Shown piece after piece: positions 1-9,144 of a DNA stretch of 64,000 nucleotides; the stretch's first letter is position 1; the number at the start of each line of letters is the position of its first letter. Source of the stretch: Nitrospirota bacterium (GTDB lineage: Bacteria; Nitrospirota; JACRHL01). The notes under the pieces were generated by a model that saw only the letters and a program-made list of their open reading frames with translations, was not told where the DNA came from and searched no databases. Location: positions 64,161 to 128,160 of the forward strand of contig JACRHL010000011.1 in NCBI GenBank assembly GCA_016212085.1, read 5' to 3'. Position numbers and translations under genes: made by a program.

Positions 1-338
1 GGCGCGCAGGGTGGTGTCGTCGTACCAGGTGTCCACCACCAGGGGGCGCCAGGGGAGCCGGGCCACCCAGCGGTGGGCGGCGGTGGGCGCCGGCATGGGG
101 GCGAACGCCTCCTCCAGGATGCCGGTGAGCACCCGGCGGTGGCGGTTGCTCTCGATGTACTGGGCGGCGGCGGGCAGGTGGCCGCGGGCCCGCTGGGGCA
201 CCGTGACCTTGGCCTCCAGCCGGGTGCACAGGGCGGCGGGGGTGGTGGGGATCGGCGCGTCCGCCGGGAACAGCCCCGGCCCCAGATAGGGGACGACCAG
301 CCCTTCCGCCAGTTGCTCCGCCAGGGAGTCGATGGTTG
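1..338 (-). CDS. Hypothetical protein, partial. About 112 N-terminal aa are in the window (MNNATIDSLAEQLAEGLVVPYLGPGLF...); the CDS continues past the window start. It is the last gene in the nif operon direction. Alternative start at 350.
   Basis: Reverse-complement of 1-350 reads as one open frame with GC-rich third positions. A GGAAGG motif lies 4 nt before the ATG. It is absent from the ORF track because no stop codon falls within the window. Confidence 0.5.
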
Positions 339-362
339 CGTTGTTCATGCTGCCTTCCATGC

Positions 363-1505
363 CTACAGGTAGATGCTGGCCCCGGCCCCCACGTTGACCG
401 AGGCGTCCTTGAGGGTGTCCACCACGAACGCCACGTCGTCGGCGGAGAGTCTGGCGTGGAACGGCAGGGCCAGGGCCCGGTCGCCGTTCTTCTCGGCGAT
501 GGGGCACGTGCCCCGGGCGCCGCCCTGCGCCGCGTGGAACGGCTCCAGGTGCGCGGGGTGGCAGAACGGGGCCGCCTCCACCGCCTGGCCCGCCAGGTCC
601 TCGATGATGGCGTCGCGGGCGCCCTTGCCGAAGCGGGTGCCCAGGTGCACCACGTACAGGAACCAGTGCACGGCGGTCACGTCCGGCGCGGTGTAGGGGT
701 CCTTGATGCCCTCGAAGGACTTCATCTTCTCGTGGTAGGTGCGGGCCACCTGGCGGCGCCGGCCCAGGATCTCCCCCAGCCGCCCCAGTTGCACCAGCGC
801 CAGGGCGCAGGCCAGGTCGTTGGGCACCGCCCCGACGGACGGCACCTCGGCCATGCGGCGGCCGCCCCGGCCGCTGCGCAGGTCGCGCAGGGCGCGGGCG
901 CGGGCGGCGTCGTCCAGCACCACCAGCGCCGCGCCGCCGGTGGCGAACGGGCCGGGGCCGCCAAGGTCGAAGATGGCCACGTCGCCAAAGGAGCCCACGG
1001 GCCGCCCCTTGTAGGTGGAGCCCACCGCCTCGGTGGAGTCCTCGATCAGCAGCAGGCCGTGCCGGTCCGCCAACGCGCGCAGGCCGTCCCAGTCGGCGGG
1101 GTGGCCGTTGGTGTTGGCGGCCACGATGGCGCGGGTGCGGGGGGTGATGCGCTGGGCCAGCTTGGCCGGGTCCAGGGTGCAGCGCCAGTAGTCGATCTCG
1201 CCGAACACGGCGGTCGCCCCCGCCAGGGGCACCGCGTCGGAGATGCGGTGCCAGGTGAAGGGCGAGACGATCACCTCGTCGCCGGCGCCGATGCCCCAGG
1301 CCATCAGGGTCAGCCACAGCCCCACGGTGCCGCCGCTCACCCCCACCGCGTGGACGCGGCCGGTGGCGGTGGCGAACGCCGCCTCGAACGGCAACAACAC
1401 GGCGCCGCCGCCGAACCGGGCCGACGTGGCCAGCCGGGCGAGGGTGTCGGTCTCCGCGTCGCCCAGGTCGGGCCAGGAAAGGGGGATCAGGGTGTCGCGG
1501 TTCAT
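363..1505 (-). CDS. DegT/DnrJ/EryC1/StrS-family PLP aminotransferase
   Basis: 380 aa starting MNRDTLIPLSWPDLG. It has the family pattern GDEVIVSPFTW and a GGAVLLPFE...SGT-like N-terminus. The start lies 2 nt after the nifT stop, with a GAGGAGGA Shine-Dalgarno inside the end of nifT. Confidence 0.8.
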   Translation of the reverse strand: MNRDTLIPLSWPDLGDAETDTLARLATSARFGGGAVLLPFEAAFATATGRVHAVGVSGGTVGLWLTLMAWGIGAGDEVIVSPFTWHRISDAVPLAGATAVFGEIDYWRCTLDPAKLAQRITPRTRAIVAANTNGHPADWDGLRALADRHGLLLIEDSTEAVGSTYKGRPVGSFGDVAIFDLGGPGPFATGGAALVVLDDAARARALRDLRSGRGGRRMAEVPSVGAVPNDLACALALVQLGRLGEILGRRRQVARTYHEKMKSFEGIKDPYTAPDVTAVHWFLYVVHLGTRFGKGARDAIIEDLAGQAVEAAPFCHPAHLEPFHAAQGGARGTCPIAEKNGDRALALPFHARLSADDVAFVVDTLKDASVNVGAGASIYL

Positions 1506-1507
1506 GC

Positions 1508-1723
1508 TCAGTCCTCCTCGCGGATGCGGCGGGCCTCCACGGTGATGGGCAGGTCGGGCGGGGTGTCCATCTCGGGAAGCTGGAGGCGCCAGCCGTTGGC
1601 CAGGGTGACGGTGCCGCCCCACATCCCCTCGCGCTCCATGTCCACCACCGGTTCCTCCAGGTCCTTCTTGGCCACGTAGGCGGTGAGGCGCCCGGCGGTG
1701 TCCTTCCGAATCATCACTTTCAC
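1508..1723 (-). CDS. nifT: NifT/FixU small nitrogen-fixation protein
   Basis: 71 aa, MKVMIRKDTAGRLTAYVAKKDLEEPVV...WGGTVTLANGWRLQLPEM..ITVEAR, which matches the NifT/FixU family layout. Uses a GTG start. Confidence 0.8.
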   Translation of the reverse strand: MKVMIRKDTAGRLTAYVAKKDLEEPVVDMEREGMWGGTVTLANGWRLQLPEMDTPPDLPITVEARRIREED

Positions 1724-1744
1724 GTCGTACCTCGTTTCATCCGG

Positions 1745-2893
1745 TCAAAGGGCGCATGCGGCGGCGGGGATGCCGACCGCCTCGGGCAGCCGGTCCAGCA
1801 CCGCCTCGATGTCCGCCAGGGTGGTGTAGCGGCTCAGGGAGAAGCGCAGGGATGCGCCGGCCCGCCTCGCGTCCAGCCCCATGGCGGTGAGCACGTGGGA
1901 CGGCTCGCCGCCCCCCGCGGAACAGGCGGACCCGGCGGACACGGCGACGCCCGCCCGGTCCAGGCGCATCAGCACCGCCTCGCCGTCCTGCCCGTCGAAG
2001 CACAGGTTGCTGGTGGTGGGCACGCGGGCGATGCGGTGGCCGTTCACCCGCACCCACGGCAGCGCCCGGGTGACGCCCGCCTCCAGGTGATCGCGCAGCG
2101 TGCGCACGCGGCCCGCCACGTCCGGCAGCGTGTCCGCCGCCAGGCGGCAGGCCTCGCCAAGGCCGACGATGGCGGGCACGTTCTCGGTGCCGCCGCGGCG
2201 GCGGCGTTCCTGGTGGCCGAACAGCAGGGGCGGCAGCGGGACGCCGCGCTTCACGTACAGCGCGCCGATGCCCTTGGGGCCGTGCAGCTTGTGGGCCGAG
2301 AGCGACAGGAAATCGGGCCGGATCTTCTGCACACCCACCGGCAGCCTGCCCGCCGCCTGCACGGCGTCCGTGTGGAACAGGGCCCCCGCGCGCTCGGCGA
2401 GGGAGGCGGCCAGGCCCACCGGCAGCACCACGCCGGTCTCGTTGTTGGCCCACATGACCGACACCAGGGCGGTGTCGCGGTCGATGGCCTCCGCCAGCCG
2501 ATCGAAGCGGAGGGTGCCGTCCGCCTCCACCGGCAGGCGCACCACCTCGTAGCCCTGGCGCTCCAGGTGGTCGAACAGCAGCATGCTGGCGGGGTGCTCC
2601 ACCCGGGTGGTGACGATGCGGCGCCGCCCGGCCCTGATGGCCAGGGCCCCCAGCACGGCCGTGTGGTTGGCCTCGGTGGCGCTGCCCGTGAACACGATCT
2701 CGGCGGGCGCGGCGCCCAGGAAATCGGCCACCTGCCCGCGGGCGATTCCCACCGCCCGCCTGGCCGGTTCGCCCAGCCGGTGCGGGCTGGACGGATTGCC
2801 ATAAACCTCCGTCAGGAACGGCAGCATGGCCTCCAGCACCTCGGGCGCCACGCGGGTGGTGGCGGCGTTGTCCAGGTAAACGGGGTTCATCAT
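1745..2893 (-). CDS. nifS: Cysteine desulfurase NifS
   Basis: 383 aa, MMNPVYLDNAATT...SAHKLHGPKGIGALYV...SAGSACS, the class I cysteine desulfurase signature. Its ATGA start overlaps the stop of the LRV gene. Confidence 0.9.
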   Translation of the reverse strand: MMNPVYLDNAATTRVAPEVLEAMLPFLTEVYGNPSSPHRLGEPARRAVGIARGQVADFLGAAPAEIVFTGSATEANHTAVLGALAIRAGRRRIVTTRVEHPASMLLFDHLERQGYEVVRLPVEADGTLRFDRLAEAIDRDTALVSVMWANNETGVVLPVGLAASLAERAGALFHTDAVQAAGRLPVGVQKIRPDFLSLSAHKLHGPKGIGALYVKRGVPLPPLLFGHQERRRRGGTENVPAIVGLGEACRLAADTLPDVAGRVRTLRDHLEAGVTRALPWVRVNGHRIARVPTTSNLCFDGQDGEAVLMRLDRAGVAVSAGSACSAGGGEPSHVLTAMGLDARRAGASLRFSLSRYTTLADIEAVLDRLPEAVGIPAAACAL

Positions 2894-3651
2894 GGGCCGG
2901 GCACCTCCGCATTGTCGTAAAGCCGCGCCAACGCCTTTTCCTGCACCATGTGGTCGGGGTCGTTCACCAGTTCGAACACGTGTTGCCGGGGCGCCCGGCG
3001 GGCCACCTCGTAGCGCACCCGCCAGTCCGCGTCGTCCCGGTAGGGGCCCAGGGCGTCGGCGGGAAGGCGCTGTACCGCCTCGGCGCGCACGTCGCCGTCC
3101 GCGTCCGCAGCGAGCAGCGGCAGCAGGTCCACGCCGATCCGCCCCGCCACCGCCCTGCGCACCTCCCGCTCCGGGTCGAGGATCATCGCCCTCAGGTGAT
3201 CGGGGCGGATGCGGCGGGCGACCACCAGGCGCACGTAGTAGTCCGGGTCGTGGGCCATGGCGTGCAGCCGTTCTGGCGCCAGGCGGTGGGCGACGCGGAT
3301 GCGCACCTCCCGGTCCGGGTCGTGCTGGAGGTATGCCAGGTGGCACTCCGGCAGCCGGTCGGCGGCGGCGCGGCGCACGGTACCGTCCAGGTCGTGCACC
3401 AGGGGCGGCAGGTGGAGGGGGTCCGCGAGGCGCGCGGCAATCGCCCGCACCTCGAAGAACGGGTGCCTCAGGTAGCCGGCCGCCAGGTCGCGGTTCTGGC
3501 GGAAGAAGCGGTCGATGCGCTTGGCATAGCCGTCGTGCACGCAGGCGTCGCCGGGCATACAGGTGCCCCCGCGCAGCCGGTCCTGGTGGGGGCAGTCGGC
3601 GCAGATCACCGGCTCGCCGGTCCAGGTCACGATGGGAAACCGCTCACTCAT
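2890..3651 (-). CDS. Leucine-rich-variant (LRV) Fe4S4 repeat protein
   Basis: 253 aa. The N-terminus carries a Cys cluster (CADCPH...CMPGDAC). It is followed by tandem DPDxxVR repeats (DPDREVR, DPDYYVR, DPEREVR, DADGDVR, DPDHMV) like the Azotobacter LRV protein. Confidence 0.75.
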   Translation of the reverse strand: MSERFPIVTWTGEPVICADCPHQDRLRGGTCMPGDACVHDGYAKRIDRFFRQNRDLAAGYLRHPFFEVRAIAARLADPLHLPPLVHDLDGTVRRAAADRLPECHLAYLQHDPDREVRIRVAHRLAPERLHAMAHDPDYYVRLVVARRIRPDHLRAMILDPEREVRRAVAGRIGVDLLPLLAADADGDVRAEAVQRLPADALGPYRDDADWRVRYEVARRAPRQHVFELVNDPDHMVQEKALARLYDNAEVPGP

Positions 3652-4028
3652 CCCTGTCCCCTGTTTCCACAGGTGGCGGCGGGCGGCGGCGTGAAGCCCT
3701 CCACCGCGAACGAGCTGCCGCAGCCGCAGGATCCCGCGGCGTTCGGATTGGTGAAGGTGAGTCCCGAGCTGGCCAGGGTGTCGACGAAGTCGATCACCAG
3801 GCCGTCGAGGTACGGCACGCTTTCCGGGGGCACGCACAGGGTCAGGCCGGCGGCCTGCACCACCGTGTCGCCCTGGACCGGCGTGCCCTCGACGGTGAAG
3901 TCGTAGCTCAGGCCCGCGCAGCCGCCCGGCGCCACCGCCAGCCGGAAGGCGGCGTTCGCGTCGCCGCCGCCAAAGCGGACCATGCGCCGCATGAATTTGG
4001 CGGCGCCCTCGGTGATCGTCAGTTTCAT
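3648..4028 (-). CDS. iscA: HesB/IscA-type Fe-S cluster assembly/carrier protein (nif-associated IscA)
   Basis: 126 aa, MKLTITEGAAKFMRRM..., with the C-terminal CGCGSSF motif. The ATGA overlaps the downstream LRV gene. Confidence 0.8.
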   Translation of the reverse strand: MKLTITEGAAKFMRRMVRFGGGDANAAFRLAVAPGGCAGLSYDFTVEGTPVQGDTVVQAAGLTLCVPPESVPYLDGLVIDFVDTLASSGLTFTNPNAAGSCGCGSSFAVEGFTPPPAATCGNRGQG

Positions 4029-4052
4029 GTGTTCCTCCTGGTCTGGTTTTTT

Positions 4053-5576
4053 CTATTCCGATGCCTTCGTGCCCACCAGGGCGCCGGAGCGGATCTCCGC
4101 GTCGCCGCGCGCCAGGTGCTGGATCTCGCCCGCCGCCACCCGGCTCGCGTAGTCGCGGAAGTAGGCGATCAGCCCCTTCTGGATGGACTCGTGGGCGAAC
4201 CGGTCCACCGGATCGATGCCCGCCCGGGTCAGCTCGCCCTTGGGGCATTCCCCGATGCGGGAGACGAACACGGCCGTACAGTCGCCGATGGCGCGGATCA
4301 CCGTTTCCAGGGTGTCCTCCTCGCCGTGGCCGCCCTGGCAGTACATGTCGACCCGGCGGTGGCCGACGAACTTGGCGCCGTCGCGGCTGACCTCGTAGAT
4401 CTGGAACTCGCGGGCGTGGCCGAAGTGCTCGTTGATGAGCCCCTCGCCCTTGGTGGCCACGGCGGCCAAAATGGATAGGGTGCCCGCCATCTCGGTGGTC
4501 ATCGCCTGGAGGGCGGCCAGCTCGTTTTCCTGCCCGGCGAACAGGGCGGCGCGCTGGGCCTCCACCATCTGTTGGTAGGCCTGGCGCTTCTCCAGGTCGT
4601 AGTTGACCTGCATCCGCTCGATCTTCTCCAGGGTGAACTCGTCGCTGCGGTCCTCCCCCAGCAGGCCCACGGCGTCGGCGCGGCACTGGCGGCAGTGGCG
4701 CATCATGTTCATCTCCCCCTCCTCGCACTGGTCCTGCAGGGCCTTCAGCTCCCTGGCGGTGGGGCCGCGCTGGCCGGTGAGGCCGTAGTGGGTGCCGTGC
4801 TCCGGGCTGGAGATGAGGGGCATGATGTTGTGCAAAAAGGCGCCGTTGCCCTTGACCACCCGGTTCACCTCCACTAGGTGCCGGTCGTTGACGCCGGGGA
4901 TCATGACCGAGTTGACCTTCACCAGGATGCCCCGCTCCACCAGCATCCCGAGGCCCTTCTGCTGCTGCGCGGAGAGGATGGCGGCGGCCTCCTCGCCGTG
5001 GCGGCGCTTGTTGTCCCAGAAGATCCAGGGGTAGATCTGGGCGCCCACCCTCGGGTCCACGTGGTTGATGGTGATGGTCACGTGGTCCACCCTGTAGGCG
5101 GCGATGGTGTCCACGAACTCCGGCAGGCGCAGGCCGTTGGTGGACAGGCACAGCTTGATGTCCGGCGCCTCGCGCTGGATCATCGCGAAGGTCCGGAAGG
5201 TCTTTTCCGGGTTGGCCAGGGCGTCGCCGGGGCCGGCGATGCCGAGCACGGTCATCTGCGGGATCTCGCTGGCCACCGCCAGCACCTTCCTGGATGCCTG
5301 CTCCGGGGTGAGCTTCTCGCTCACCACGCCGGGGCGGCTCTCGTTGGCGCAGTCGTACTTGCGGTTGCAGTAGTGGCACTGGATGTTGCAGGCGGGGGCC
5401 ACCGCCACGTGCATGCGGGCGTAGTGGTGGTGGGCCTCCTCGCTGTAGCACGGGTGATTTTTGACCTTCTCCCAGGTGGCGGGGTCCATGTCGGCGGGGC
5501 CCTTGGACGAGCCGCAGCTTCCCGATACCTCGCAGCCGCCGCCCTGGGGGGCGGTATTCAGCATGGGCAGTTCCAT
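4053..5576 (-). CDS. nifB: FeMo-cofactor biosynthesis radical-SAM protein NifB, with a C-terminal NifX-like domain
   Basis: 507 aa. Contains the radical SAM motif [14 protein letters not shown] and the NifB-typical [29 protein letters not shown]-terminal NifX/NafY-like domain is present. An AGGAGAA RBS precedes the start. Confidence 0.92.
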   Translation of the reverse strand: MELPMLNTAPQGGGCEVSGSCGSSKGPADMDPATWEKVKNHPCYSEEAHHHYARMHVAVAPACNIQCHYCNRKYDCANESRPGVVSEKLTPEQASRKVLAVASEIPQMTVLGIAGPGDALANPEKTFRTFAMIQREAPDIKLCLSTNGLRLPEFVDTIAAYRVDHVTITINHVDPRVGAQIYPWIFWDNKRRHGEEAAAILSAQQQKGLGMLVERGILVKVNSVMIPGVNDRHLVEVNRVVKGNGAFLHNIMPLISSPEHGTHYGLTGQRGPTARELKALQDQCEEGEMNMMRHCRQCRADAVGLLGEDRSDEFTLEKIERMQVNYDLEKRQAYQQMVEAQRAALFAGQENELAALQAMTTEMAGTLSILAAVATKGEGLINEHFGHAREFQIYEVSRDGAKFVGHRRVDMYCQGGHGEEDTLETVIRAIGDCTAVFVSRIGECPKGELTRAGIDPVDRFAHESIQKGLIAYFRDYASRVAAGEIQHLARGDAEIRSGALVGTKASE

Positions 5577-5585
5577 GTGGTTCTC

Positions 5586-5906
5586 CTATTGCTTGCCGGT
5601 GAGGGTGGCGATGCTGATCACGCCGGGCACGGGGTTCTGGAACACCTTGAACAGGCGCTCGTCGTGGGCGGTGCGCTCCAGGAAGGTGGCGTAGGCGCGC
5701 GCCAGGGCGTCGCGGTAGCGCCGGTAGCGCTCGTCGGTGGCAAGGCCCCCCGGCCCCGCGTCGATCTCGTTCTTGAGCAGGGCGAATTTTTTCAGGATGT
5801 GCAGGCGGTTCACCCGCACCACCTGGGGGTCGTAATCCAGCTCGAACAGGGCGAAGAAATCCTCCGCGTCGATGGCGTGGTCCAGTTTGTCCAGCGTGGC
5901 GTTCAT
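5586..5906 (-). CDS. nifW: NifW-like nitrogenase-stabilising protein (tentative)
   Basis: 106 aa with no Cys. The motif ...FFALFELDYDPQVVRVNRLHILKKF... resembles the NifW family core. It sits between nifN and nifB where nifX is usually found. Confidence 0.55.
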   Translation of the reverse strand: MNATLDKLDHAIDAEDFFALFELDYDPQVVRVNRLHILKKFALLKNEIDAGPGGLATDERYRRYRDALARAYATFLERTAHDERLFKVFQNPVPGVISIATLTGKQ

Positions 5907-5923
5907 CGGTTCGGTCCTTTCCG

Positions 5924-7252
5924 TTAGGAGTCATCCCCCGGCACACTTCCCGGAACCGGTTCCGGGCGGTGCGCGAGCAGGAGGTTGGCGGCGTCGAAGA
6001 TGAGGCGGGTGGCGCCCCGGTACCCCACGTTGAGCTGGTGGGCGGCGCCCAGCCGGTCGAAGTTGGGAATCCCCATCCGCATGAGCGGGATATCCAGCCG
6101 TTGCGCGGCCTGGCGGCCGTGGGAGTGGGTCACCAGCAGGTCGCACCCCCGTGCGGCGGCCTCCAGGTCCTCCAGGTCGCCGACGATCACCGTGTCCGCT
6201 GGGAGGGTTTCCAGGTTGGGCGCGGTGGCGGGGGCGACCGCGCAGGCCACGGTGGCGCCCATGCCCGTGAACAGGTCGGCCAGCGCCGCCAGCAGGTCGG
6301 CCTCGGCGCCGATGGCGATCCTGCGGCCGGCAAAATGGAAGTGGCCGTCCAGCATGGCGTCCTCCAGGCGGCTGCGCTGGCGGCGGACCTTGAGGGGCAC
6401 GTCCTCCATGCTGATCTCGTGCAGGAGCGCCACCAGGCGGTCCACCTCCTCCAGGCCCGAGAGGTGGTCGAACACCGTGTACGGCACGCCGTTGCGCTGG
6501 CACAGCACGTCCGCCGCGGGCTGCATGCTGCGCCCCACGGCGATGGTGTGCTCCGCGCTTCCCATGGCGCGGATGCGGGCCAGGGGGGTACCGCCCAGGG
6601 TGGTGGGCGAGAAGGTGTCCGGCACGTGGCCGTCCAGGGAGCCGGACAGGTCGGGCAGGATGGTGGGCACCAGGCCGAACGCCTCGATCAGCTCCCGGAT
6701 CTCCTCCACGTCTGCGGGGGTGAGGGAGGCGCCCGCCAGCACGTTCACGCGGCCCGACAGGAGGGCGGATTCCCCCTCCGCCAGCTCGCGCACCAGGGCG
6801 GTCACGGCCTTGCCGAAACCGTCCTGGAGCGAGCCGGAAAAATCGGGGGTGGCCACGGGCACGATGGCCACGTGGTTCATCTCCGGGTGCTTCCCGCGGA
6901 ACAGGCGGATCACCCCCTCGATGTCCTCGCCCTTGGTTTCCGTGAGGCCCGTGGTGGCCAGGCCGATGATCCGGGGGCGGGCCTTCTCGTAAATGGTCAG
7001 CAACGCCTGCTCGATGCTTTCCTCGCCGCCCAGGATGGTGGTCACCTCGTTCATGGCGGTGGTCTGCATGGGGATGCTCTCGCGGAAGTGGCGCACGAAC
7101 AGCACCAGCCCGAACGACGTGCAGCCCTGCGAGCCGTGCAGCACCGGCAGGCACTGGTCGAGCCCCAGGAACGCCAGGGCCGCGCCGATGGGCTGGCTCA
7201 TCTTGAGCGGGTTGACGGTGCAGGCCTTGCGGGGTTTGGTGATGAGGGTCAT
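5924..7252 (-). CDS. nifN: Nitrogenase MoFe cofactor biosynthesis protein NifN
   Basis: 442 aa with the N-terminus KACTVNPLKMSQPIGAALAFLGLDQCLPVLHGSQGC typical of NifN. It immediately follows nifE. Confidence 0.9.
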   Translation of the reverse strand: MTLITKPRKACTVNPLKMSQPIGAALAFLGLDQCLPVLHGSQGCTSFGLVLFVRHFRESIPMQTTAMNEVTTILGGEESIEQALLTIYEKARPRIIGLATTGLTETKGEDIEGVIRLFRGKHPEMNHVAIVPVATPDFSGSLQDGFGKAVTALVRELAEGESALLSGRVNVLAGASLTPADVEEIRELIEAFGLVPTILPDLSGSLDGHVPDTFSPTTLGGTPLARIRAMGSAEHTIAVGRSMQPAADVLCQRNGVPYTVFDHLSGLEEVDRLVALLHEISMEDVPLKVRRQRSRLEDAMLDGHFHFAGRRIAIGAEADLLAALADLFTGMGATVACAVAPATAPNLETLPADTVIVGDLEDLEAAARGCDLLVTHSHGRQAAQRLDIPLMRMGIPNFDRLGAAHQLNVGYRGATRLIFDAANLLLAHRPEPVPGSVPGDDS

Positions 7253-7261
7253 GGCGCCCCC

Positions 7262-8665
7262 CTATGCCGTCACGGTGGGCGCCGCGGCCGGTGCCACATG
7301 CCAGGGCGCGGGCTTCCTGAGGCGCGCCCAGACGGGGTTGTGGATGGCCTTGTCGATCCGGTCCACCAGGTTCACCATGCCGTCGTACCCCGCATAGGCG
7401 TGGTGGCGCTCCTGGTTGATGTCGAGGAACGGCACCTTGGCCTTCAGGGCCACGAACTGGGAGCGGCCGCCGGCCATGAGGATGTCGGCCTTGGCCTCGG
7501 CGAGCATGGCGTACATCTCGCGCGGGGTGATGGACTCGATCATGTGGGCGTCCTGCCCCATCAGCTCGACGATGCGGTGCTTGTCCTCCTGGGTGCTCTT
7601 CTTGACGCTGGTGCCCACCACCTCCATGCCCACCTCCTGGAGGGCGGACACCACGGACCAGCTCTTCACGCCGCCGGTGATGAGCAGCACGCGCTTGCCC
7701 GCCAGGCGCTCGCGGTAGGGCAGCAGGCGCTCCCAGGCGACGGCCTCCTGCTCGGCGATCAGGGCTTCCGTGCGGTCGAGCAATGCGGCGTGGGCACCCT
7801 GGCGGACCAGCAGCCCGGCGATCTGGCGCAGGGCGTCCGACATGTCGGAGATGCCGTAGAAGGAGCCCTCGAAGAACGGGATGCCGTAGCGCTCCTCCAT
7901 CTTGCGGGCGATGTTGATCATCGCCTTGGAGCACACCATCATGCTGGCCCTGGCCCGGTGCGACCAGGCCACCTCGCGGTAGCGCGCGTCGCCGGAGATG
8001 CAGGCGAGCAGGCGGATGCCCAGCCGGTCGAGGAGCGGCGTCACCTGCCACAGCTCGCCGGAGAGGTTGTACTCGCCGATGATGTTGATGTCGTGATCGG
8101 TGAGGTAGTCCGGCTCCTGGGTGCCGATCACGTGGTCCAGCAAGGCCTCCGCCGCCAGCTTGTTGCCCAGGTTCTTGCCCCCCACGAAGCCGGGGGCGTT
8201 GACCGGGATGACCGGCTTGCCGAACTGCTCCCTGGCGGCCTTGCACACCGCCTCCACGTCGTCGCCGGTGAGGGCGGGCACGCAGGTCTGGTAGACGAAC
8301 ACGGCGGGCGGGTCGTACTTGTCGAGGATCTCCCGGATCGCCCGGAACAGGCGTTTCTCGCCCCCCATGATGACGTCCTGCTCGTCCAGGTCGGTGGTGA
8401 AGCCGGTGCGGTAGAGCAGGGGGCCGGACGATGCGGCGCCGCGGTTGTCCCACGAGTTGCCCTCGCAGGCGATGGGGCCGTGCACCAGGTGGGCGGCGTC
8501 GACGATCGGCTGGAGGGCGATCTTGGCGCCGTCGAACGCGCAGCCGCCGGCCGCCGCGCCGGGCTGGGCGGACTTGGTGCAGCCCTTCTTGCGGTCCTTG
8601 TCCGACTTGTTCCGGTTGTGCTCGCAACCCGGTTCGTCGAGGACCTCGGCGACCTTCGTGATCAT
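7262..8665 (-). CDS. nifE: Nitrogenase MoFe cofactor biosynthesis protein NifE
   Basis: 467 aa from [20 protein letters not shown]...GCAFDGA...HGPIAC, a NifE/NifD-like fold. It lies upstream of nifN. Confidence 0.9.
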   Translation of the reverse strand: MITKVAEVLDEPGCEHNRNKSDKDRKKGCTKSAQPGAAAGGCAFDGAKIALQPIVDAAHLVHGPIACEGNSWDNRGAASSGPLLYRTGFTTDLDEQDVIMGGEKRLFRAIREILDKYDPPAVFVYQTCVPALTGDDVEAVCKAAREQFGKPVIPVNAPGFVGGKNLGNKLAAEALLDHVIGTQEPDYLTDHDINIIGEYNLSGELWQVTPLLDRLGIRLLACISGDARYREVAWSHRARASMMVCSKAMINIARKMEERYGIPFFEGSFYGISDMSDALRQIAGLLVRQGAHAALLDRTEALIAEQEAVAWERLLPYRERLAGKRVLLITGGVKSWSVVSALQEVGMEVVGTSVKKSTQEDKHRIVELMGQDAHMIESITPREMYAMLAEAKADILMAGGRSQFVALKAKVPFLDINQERHHAYAGYDGMVNLVDRIDKAIHNPVWARLRKPAPWHVAPAAAPTVTA

Positions 8666-8812
8666 GTGTGCCTTGCCCCAAATAAAAAAGGAGGCCGAAC
8701 GCGCACATCGATGGGTGCGCATCCGGCCTCCAGTCGTCTGGTCAGCCTGTTGTTGCGTTCCGTGGAGACCGGTGCCCCCGGCGGGTCGCGCCGTCTCCTT
8801 GCCCGGAAGCTA

Positions 8813-8830
8813 CAGCATGGATCGTGCCAA
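8813..8830 (-). promoter_or_regulatory. sigma54 (-24/-12) promoter for the nifENWB...nifS operon
   Basis: Minus strand reads TTGGCACGATCCATGCTG. The GG-N10-GC spacing is correct. The -24 element TGGCACG is perfect and the -12 element is ATGCT (4/5). It lies about 150 nt upstream of the nifE start. Confidence 0.6.
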
Positions 8831-8880
8831 CTGTTGCGGACGCGGCGGAAGTCCCCGGATATCATCGGGTTTGGCGCAGG

Positions 8881-8897
8881 TTGGCAGGCGGTGCCAA
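8881..8897. promoter_or_regulatory. Perfect dyad TTGGCA-N5-TGCCAA between two divergent sigma54 promoters; candidate enhancer-binding-protein site
   Basis: ttggcaggcggtgccaa has perfect 6-N5-6 symmetry. It is about 60 bp upstream of the nifE -24 element and about 155 bp upstream of the opposite sigma54 promoter. It is preceded by the half-repeat TTGGCGCAGG. Confidence 0.35.
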
Positions 8898-9038
8898 GCG
8901 TGCCGTGCGCCGGATACGGAATCGCTCCGGTGGGTTTTGAAGGGGATGCGACAAGTTTGTTGCGATCCCCGCCACGGCGGCCGCCCCAACGGCCGCCCGG
9001 TCCCCCGGACGGCCCCGCGCCAGGCGGCGCGGCGGGGG

Positions 9039-9058
9039 CTGGCACGCCGATTGCTGCA
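9039..9058 (+). promoter_or_regulatory. sigma54 promoter for the Cache-like/4TM gene
   Basis: CTGGCACGCCGATTGCTGCA matches -24 TGGCACG, then 4 nt, then -12 TTGCT, with GG-N10-GC spacing. It lies about 90 nt upstream of the ATG at 9145. Confidence 0.65.
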
Positions 9059-9144
9059 CCGGATCATCGGAGACGGCCGGGCGCCTGGGGACCGCCCCGC
9101 ACGCCAGGACGGCCGGCGGACACACCCCGTATTCAGGTCGACCC

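Noticed and set aside
2892-4478. 528-aa plus-strand ORF opposite LRV/iscA/nifB
   Set aside because: The translation is Arg/Pro/Gly-rich. It is antisense to three well-supported genes.
5931-8708. 925-aa minus-strand ORF spanning nifN-nifE in another frame
   Set aside because: Arg/Gly/Pro-rich low-complexity translation typical of off-frame reading in 70% GC DNA. It overlaps two well-supported genes, nifN and nifE.
8881-8897. TTGGCA-N5-TGCCAA dyad as a NifA UAS
   Set aside because: It does not fit the TGT-N10-ACA NifA consensus. It is kept only as a generic candidate enhancer site, not called a NifA box.
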